Shown piece after piece: positions 58,448 through 64,000 of a stretch of DNA of 64,000 bases. Where the stretch lies: the NCBI GenBank assembly GCA_965216875.1, contig OZ244207.1, positions 6,880,001-6,944,000 on the forward strand. Direction: 5' to 3'. Position 1 is the stretch's first letter. Every line of letters begins with the position of its first letter. The stretch is from Rubripirellula sp. Lineage in GTDB: Bacteria; Planctomycetota; Planctomycetia; Pirellulales; Pirellulaceae. Made by a program: the position numbers and the translations under genes. The notes beneath the pieces were generated by a model. That model did not search any database. It was not told the DNA's origin and saw only the letters and a program-made list of their open reading frames with translations.

Positions 58448-59829
58448 CGGATTCGTTTAGCCGTTTGGCGAATGCCGTTTTGGAACAGGGTCAGCGATTC
58501 GCACTCGCCGTCGCTGTTCATCTTGAACGTCAGCGAAGCTTGGACTTGCTTGTAGAACCATTCCGTTTCGGACTTTGGGTAGACGCGAAGTGTGGGTTGG
58601 TTTGCCAATCGTACCATCAGTTTCTTGTCGTCGACTTTGACATCGAAGACGAATCCAGGTGCGAGTTGGTACTTTCCCTCGTACCGCTTCATGACGTCCT
58701 CGGCGACTTCGATGGTCTTTTCAAATGTGCGAGGTTCGACCTCAGCACCGATCGCGACGCGGATCAGGTCGTTCGCGAGACGGTCGACCTCTCTTGTTGC
58801 GGTGTTGCAAAGGACAACCACAGCGGTGTTTTGTTGTCGATTGACAAGCAGCATGCTGTGATAGCCACCGGTTTGTCCATTGTGCCAACGTGTTTGGCCA
58901 TCACCAGCGAAGTGCCAACCAAGACCCATTTTTTGGCCAGCGTTAGCGTGTTCTTTCCATGCCAGTTCAATCGCTTTGCCGGTTGCATTGTCAGGCGGCG
59001 AGAGTTGCGCGGCGGCAAAGCGGAGCATGTCGTCGATCGTGCTTCGAATCCCACCAGCACCAGGCAGATCGGCAAAATCCCAGTTGTGATTAGGGGTGTT
59101 GCCCGTCGAATGCGGCAGGGCCAAACGTGACTTCATCGAATCAGTCATCGCAACCGAGGTGCTTTCCATCTTGAGCGGCGCGGTGATTCTCGCTTCAAGC
59201 ATCTCGTCGTAACTCACGCGGGAGGGTTGAGCGACGAGGTAGCCCAGTAGCGATGCGCCCAGATTCGAATACTGGTATTTCGAGCCGGGTGCTCGAATCA
59301 GCTTGTGATTGCTGACGAATTCGAATCCGAGTTTCGAAGTGTAATCGTGATACGGGTTGTTGCTCCGCAAACTTGGCATGTTGTTGCCAAGACGCGGTAG
59401 TCCAGATTGATGTGTCGCTAAGTCAAGGAGTGTGATCTCGCGATCTTCCCATTTGGGAAAGGTAGATCCCTTGGGTGCCAGTTCGGTGGCGGGTTGATCG
59501 AGTTTCACCTCGCCCGCTTCGACGGCGCTGGCAAGCAGAAGGCCGGTAAAGACTTTCGAAATGGAGCCGATTTCGTACACCGACTGATCGTTTGGTGTCA
59601 CACCTGGACGTGCTTCGCCAAAGTGAGCGGTCGTCCGATCGCCGCGACTGAGCACGCCAATCGAAATCGCTTTGGCGACTTCCGCATCGATATAGGGCTG
59701 AGTGTGAGCAGCGATGTTCTTCTTCAGGTCCGCACTTTGAGCAAATGCCGTGCTTCCAAAGAGGGCGAGTCCGATCGTGAAGGCTGAAAAGGAACGCCGA
59801 TGGATGAGGGCCAGGGGTGTTCGTCTCAT
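58444..59829 (-). CDS. Serine hydrolase, beta-lactamase class C-like, with DUF3471-like C-terminal domain
   Basis: EIGSISK (SxxK), LATHQSGL, YSN, WHNGQTGGY; YEGKYQLAPG C-domain. Confidence 0.93.
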   Translation of the reverse strand: MRRTPLALIHRRSFSAFTIGLALFGSTAFAQSADLKKNIAAHTQPYIDAEVAKAISIGVLSRGDRTTAHFGEARPGVTPNDQSVYEIGSISKVFTGLLLASAVEAGEVKLDQPATELAPKGSTFPKWEDREITLLDLATHQSGLPRLGNNMPSLRSNNPYHDYTSKLGFEFVSNHKLIRAPGSKYQYSNLGASLLGYLVAQPSRVSYDEMLEARITAPLKMESTSVAMTDSMKSRLALPHSTGNTPNHNWDFADLPGAGGIRSTIDDMLRFAAAQLSPPDNATGKAIELAWKEHANAGQKMGLGWHFAGDGQTRWHNGQTGGYHSMLLVNRQQNTAVVVLCNTATREVDRLANDLIRVAIGAEVEPRTFEKTIEVAEDVMKRYEGKYQLAPGFVFDVKVDDKKLMVRLANQPTLRVYPKSETEWFYKQVQASLTFKMNSDGECESLTLFQNGIRQTAKRIR

Positions 59830-60131
59830 CGTTGTCTAACTCCGGTGGAAAGGGACGCCTTTGAAGCCAAGCGGCTATCGATCACTTCGCATTCGTGCAA
59901 AGGGTTCGTGTCTTGGGAATGAATGGGATTGTTCAGATATTTTGCGAAAACTTTATGAGAGCTACCATCTGAGTGCCAATGTAACAGCCACACAAACGAA
60001 TCGGGCGGTTTTGTAGGTCCTGCGCCGCATGCTCAAGCCACAGCAATGCGTGCCGCACCGACCTGCGTCGCCAATACGAAACGATACCAAACACGTCTGT
60101 TGGTTTGCCCGCATCCGGGCAAAATCAAAAC

Positions 60132-61940
60132 ATGAGCGAAACTGAACAACCGATCAATCCGCACGAATCAGGCACGGGCGAAAACCAAACAGCGGCCCCG
60201 ACACAGGCAGTCGCGGAGACCGATCCGGTTACCGAATCGGACATCGATCCGCAAGTTGTGGCACCCACGGAACTAGCCTCACGGATGGCACGCCGACACG
60301 ATCTCGACGCACTGCGAGCGATCGCGATGTTGATGGGGATTCTGCTGCACGGCGCGCTTGCCTACGTGCCCATGCAAGAAGGCGGGTGGGCAGTTCAGGA
60401 TATCAATCAAAGCAAAGCCTTCGCGGTTGCGATGGCGATGGTGCACGGCTTTCGAATGCCATTGTTCTTCCTCATTAGTGGTTTCTTTACCGCGATGTTG
60501 TGGCGCAAACGCGGACTGAAGGCATTGATGTGGCACCGCACCAAACGCATTCTGTTGCCGCTGGTATTGGGTACCTTCACAATCGTGCCGGCGGTTTGGA
60601 TTTCGGTGCTGGGTGCCAATGCCTATATCGAAAAGTCAAATCGAATGACAGGGATTTGGCGGAGCGTCCAACAAGCAGATTTTCAAGCCACCAAAGAGCA
60701 CATCAATAGCGGCATCGACCTTGACCAACGCGAGCCAAGAAAGGGAATGACGGCGCTAACAATCGCGATGGGCAACAAGGACGTTGGAGCAAAAATGGCC
60801 GAGTTGTTGGTGGCTGGGGGCGCAGATGTCAACGCGCGCAACGTGGATGGCACGACGGCTCTACACGATGCGGCTCTGCTTGGAAACGTTGCCGCCTTCG
60901 AGTTCCTGATCAACGCGGGAGCTGATCCAACGTTAAAGGATCGTCTTGGAGAAGATGTTGCACAGAAGCTTCAAATGAGTTGGGGACGTACGTACGTCGC
61001 GGCGGGAATGCGGCAGAAACAATTGGCACCCGAGGCAACTTATGAGAATCGACTCGCCTGCGCTGCGATGATCGTTGACGATGTTGACCAACTGAGCATT
61101 GGCAGCGGCAATCCTCAGCTCGCCGGATTGTGGCTGATGGCGACGCTCTTTCCAGTGTTTCACCATCTGTGGTTCTTGTATTTCTTATGTTGGCTCGTGC
61201 TCGCGTTTGCACTGTACGCTTTGATTGCGCAGCGCACGTCGTTTCGATTGCCGCGTTGGATGATTGTCTCGCCGCTGCGCTACGCATGGCTGATTCCGTT
61301 AACCTTCTTGCCGCAAACGATGATGGGAGTGCTGTATCCCAACTTTGGGCCCGACACGACGACAGGATTGATGCCTGGGCCAGAGATCCTGTTCTACTAT
61401 GCGATCTTCTTTTTCTTTGGCGCGTTTTACTACGACGCCGACGACAAGACAGGAACGTTGGGGCGGTTTTGGCCCGTAACGCTTGCGCTAGCTTTGGCGA
61501 TCGTGTTTCCGATTGGTTACGACATGGTGTCGGGTAATTGGGGATTCACCGACCGCTGGCTGACCCACGATTGGTTCCGGTACGCGGCTGTGGCGATGCA
61601 AGTGTTGTACGTCTGGCTGATGACGTTCGGATTGATGGGGATGTTTCGTCGTCTCTTTGCGAACGAGAGCCCGGCGATGCGCTACATTTCCGATTCGTCT
61701 TATTGGCTGTACTTGATTCACTTACCGGTGATGGTCGTGATGCAGGCTGCCATCTACAACTGGCCGATCCCGGCGCTGGTCAAGTTCACGCTGATCTGTT
61801 TGGTAACGACCGTGATGTTGTTGATCAGTTATCGGTACTGCGTGCGTTACACACCCATCGGGACGCTGCTTAACGGGAAACGCGAGCGGCCAGAGCGTTC
61901 TCCGATCGAGGCAACGCTTGCTGGGCCGCCCACGACATGA
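60132..61940 (+). CDS. Acyltransferase 3 family (OpgC/MdoC-like) with ankyrin-repeat insertion
   Basis: RRHDLDALRA, HGFRMPLFFLISGFF, RTKRILLP, HHLWFLYFL, SSYWLYLIHLP; GADVNARN.DGTTALH.AA ankyrin repeats. Confidence 0.9.
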   Translation: MSETEQPINPHESGTGENQTAAPTQAVAETDPVTESDIDPQVVAPTELASRMARRHDLDALRAIAMLMGILLHGALAYVPMQEGGWAVQDINQSKAFAVAMAMVHGFRMPLFFLISGFFTAMLWRKRGLKALMWHRTKRILLPLVLGTFTIVPAVWISVLGANAYIEKSNRMTGIWRSVQQADFQATKEHINSGIDLDQREPRKGMTALTIAMGNKDVGAKMAELLVAGGADVNARNVDGTTALHDAALLGNVAAFEFLINAGADPTLKDRLGEDVAQKLQMSWGRTYVAAGMRQKQLAPEATYENRLACAAMIVDDVDQLSIGSGNPQLAGLWLMATLFPVFHHLWFLYFLCWLVLAFALYALIAQRTSFRLPRWMIVSPLRYAWLIPLTFLPQTMMGVLYPNFGPDTTTGLMPGPEILFYYAIFFFFGAFYYDADDKTGTLGRFWPVTLALALAIVFPIGYDMVSGNWGFTDRWLTHDWFRYAAVAMQVLYVWLMTFGLMGMFRRLFANESPAMRYISDSSYWLYLIHLPVMVVMQAAIYNWPIPALVKFTLICLVTTVMLLISYRYCVRYTPIGTLLNGKRERPERSPIEATLAGPPTT

Positions 61941-62008
61941 GGACTTTTCGCAGCGCGCGACGAGTTTGTCTCTCCGGTGCAAGCTAAACTGAACGATTGT
62001 TGCGAAGC

Positions 62009-63007
62009 ATGTACGCCAACGATCTTCAAATTGTCAAAGCCGTTTTGAAAAGCCTGGGTTCCTACCGTCGAAAAAGAGTCTCGCTTGTTGTCGGGGCTTT
62101 GCTTGTACCTTGGCTTTCAGGGTTCTTGGTTGCCTTGGTCGCAGATGCACAGGGATCATTGATGTGGGGCCAATACTCTGCCGGGTTGGTCTTGGCGGAG
62201 CTGGTGACGTTCATTCCGGTGATGGGTTGGTGTAGTTGGTTTGTTTTTCGCGATCCCTCGAGCACATCCGTTCGCAGGAAATTCTTGGTGTACGGTGCCG
62301 TTTTCCTTTACTGCATCGTGTTGGGCGATTTGATCGCTACGAGGTGCGAGTACGGATTTGACGGCCTTCTCAATGCGCGGATGGGGTTTCTAGCGATCTC
62401 CTATGGCGAAATCGAGGCGGTGGCGTGGAGATCTGTGTTCTTGGTTCCGATGCTTGCCGCGATGACGTTGGTGCGATGGGGCTTCGGCATGACACTGGTC
62501 GATATCGATAGTGATCAGCCACCAAAGAGAATGAGGATCTCGATTGGGAAGCTATTGATCGCGACCGCGGTCGTCGCCGTGATGATCACCTTGGTCAAAG
62601 CGATTGGCATGTTGTTTGAATCGCAGCTTATCGATTCGACGTTTTCCAACAGCGACCGCCTGATGATGCGAATCGATCTTTATCTCAAACCGCCGTTTGC
62701 GGGTGTCGTGACAGGAATCATCTTCTACCTCGTCGGTTTAGCGACGACCAAACGAAGGCTGTGGACATTGTTGCTGATGCTTGCCTTCAGTTTGTCTTAC
62801 GGGTTCAACTTGCTGTTCGATTGGTTGACGGGTCTGTTGATTCCAAGTGTCGGATTCAATCCGGCGCCAACGTTGTTCCGAATACTTGACGCGGCAGCGC
62901 CGGTGGTTGCGATGCTGGTCGTGTTTGGTTGCCTTCGTTGGGCGGGGCTCGTCGTCCGTTTTGCAAGCCACAAGAACTCGCAGCAAAGCGTCAGTTCCAG
63001 CGGATAG
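62009..63007 (+). CDS. Hypothetical multi-pass membrane protein
   Basis: About 8 hydrophobic helices; internal RISIGKLLIATAVVA motif. Confidence 0.75.
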   Translation: MYANDLQIVKAVLKSLGSYRRKRVSLVVGALLVPWLSGFLVALVADAQGSLMWGQYSAGLVLAELVTFIPVMGWCSWFVFRDPSSTSVRRKFLVYGAVFLYCIVLGDLIATRCEYGFDGLLNARMGFLAISYGEIEAVAWRSVFLVPMLAAMTLVRWGFGMTLVDIDSDQPPKRMRISIGKLLIATAVVAVMITLVKAIGMLFESQLIDSTFSNSDRLMMRIDLYLKPPFAGVVTGIIFYLVGLATTKRRLWTLLLMLAFSLSYGFNLLFDWLTGLLIPSVGFNPAPTLFRILDAAAPVVAMLVVFGCLRWAGLVVRFASHKNSQQSVSSSG

Positions 63008-63032
63008 GACGCTTGCTACAGCTGCGTTGACA

Positions 63033-63068
63033 AAATGAAGATTTCGAGTGTTAACGAAATCTTCATTT
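63033..63068. promoter_or_regulatory. Perfect AT-rich inverted repeat (operator or terminator)
   Basis: AAATGAAGATTTCG-N8-CGAAATCTTCATTT directly after TTGACA (63027-63032). Confidence 0.5.
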
Positions 63069-63225
63069 CAAGGGAGCCGAAAGCACTCGTATGCTAAGCG
63101 CTATGGGCTTGCGGTTGGCATTTCTCGTTACATCGTTTTCGGTTCGAAGCGTTAGAATAGCGCCGCGTCTCTGATCGCATCAACATCCCGCAGGTGAAGG
63201 GATGTTTCCTTTTTTAAGAGCCGTT

Positions 63226-64000
63226 ATGTCAGGCGATTCCACAGTCACCCAGAACCCCATTTTGAGCGGTGAAACGCGCGTTTTCGTGCGCCGTTGCTTG
63301 GCTGCTGGTCTGGTGGAAATCGACGAACTCAAGAAGGTCGTCGTCTCGCTGATGACCGAAAGTGAAGCGTTCACACCTCAGCGGTTGGCCGAGGGCTTGG
63401 TCGGTGCCGAGATTCTGACTCGCTGGCAGTCAAACAAACTGCTTGCCGGTAAGAGCCGCGGCTTTTACCTCGGCAGCTATCGGTTGTTGCGACCACTCGG
63501 CAAAGGTGGGATGGGGGTGGTGTACCTCGGTGAACACCACGTGATGAAAAAGCTGGTGGCTCTTAAGATTCTGCCGCCTGAAGCGACCAAAGACGCACGT
63601 CGAATCGCACGATTCAAGGAAGAGGCACGAGCCTGTGCCCAGCTCGAACACAAAAACATCGTCAACGCTTATGACTTTGCCGAGGCGGGGGGCAAGCTCT
63701 ATATCGTGATGGAGTTTGTCGATGGCATCGACCTTCAACACGTCGTTTGCCGTGATGGTGTGATGTCTGTCGCAGACGCAATCGATGCACTGACCCAAGC
63801 GGCAGAGGGGCTGGCGCACGCCCATGAACGCGGCATCATTCATCGAGACATCAAGCCTTCGAATCTGTTGCTTCGCACGGACGGTGTTGTCAAAGTCAGC
63901 GACCTTGGATTGGCCAGGATTGGTTGGGCTGGCGACGAAGGACGCGAAAAGAGTCGCTTGACCGGAACGGCCGATTTTGTTGCACCTGAACAGGCGATCA
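63226..64000 (+). CDS. Hanks-type Ser/Thr protein kinase, runs off the window end
   Basis: Translated by hand (absent from the ORF track): LTRWQ..KLLAGK, LGKGGMGVVY, VALKIL, HRDIKPSN, DLGLA, GTADFVAPEQ. Confidence 0.95.
   Translation, partial: MSGDSTVTQNPILSGETRVFVRRCLAAGLVEIDELKKVVVSLMTESEAFTPQRLAEGLVGAEILTRWQSNKLLAGKSRGFYLGSYRLLRPLGKGGMGVVYLGEHHVMKKLVALKILPPEATKDARRIARFKEEARACAQLEHKNIVNAYDFAEAGGKLYIVMEFVDGIDLQHVVCRDGVMSVADAIDALTQAAEGLAHAHERGIIHRDIKPSNLLLRTDGVVKVSDLGLARIGWAGDEGREKSRLTGTADFVAPEQAI

Noticed and set aside
58444..59829. True beta-lactam resistance gene
   Set aside because: SxxK/YxN/HxG with a DUF3471-like tail fits the broad serine hydrolase/peptidase family; HNG rather than KTG
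59838..59872. GGAAAGGGACGCC resembling a c-di-GMP-I riboswitch
   Set aside because: Lacks the rest of the consensus and is antisense to the adjacent hydrolase leader

Overview
Gene-dense, GC-rich bacterial chromosome segment with a Planctomycetota (Pirellulaceae-like) gene inventory: DUF1501/DUF1553, two DUF1552/DUF1592 pairs, a DUF1559 prepilin-like protein, a PVC-type CxxCH heme protein, HEAT/LRR proteins, five Cys-type sulfatases, an ECF sigma factor and a Ser/Thr kinase. I found about 47 plausible CDSs. I saw no rRNA, tRNA, CRISPR array, transposase or prophage. Several REP-like intergenic palindromes are present. The most notable items are: (1) a highly divergent sigma70-like protein lacking the W-dyad, downstream of a receiver domain and a Zn-finger protein (44.1-46.3 kb); (2) a TonB receptor-YfiR-CHASE8/HAMP histidine kinase-REC/HD-GYP operon behind a long structured leader (29.7-36.1 kb); (3) a candidate orphan minus-strand small RNA or attenuator-like unit (28.64-28.81 kb); (4) an ECF sigma with a CBM-like anti-sigma heading a sulfatase-DUF1552/DUF1592 locus (19.7-28.5 kb). 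All family assignments come from reading motifs by eye, not from database searches.
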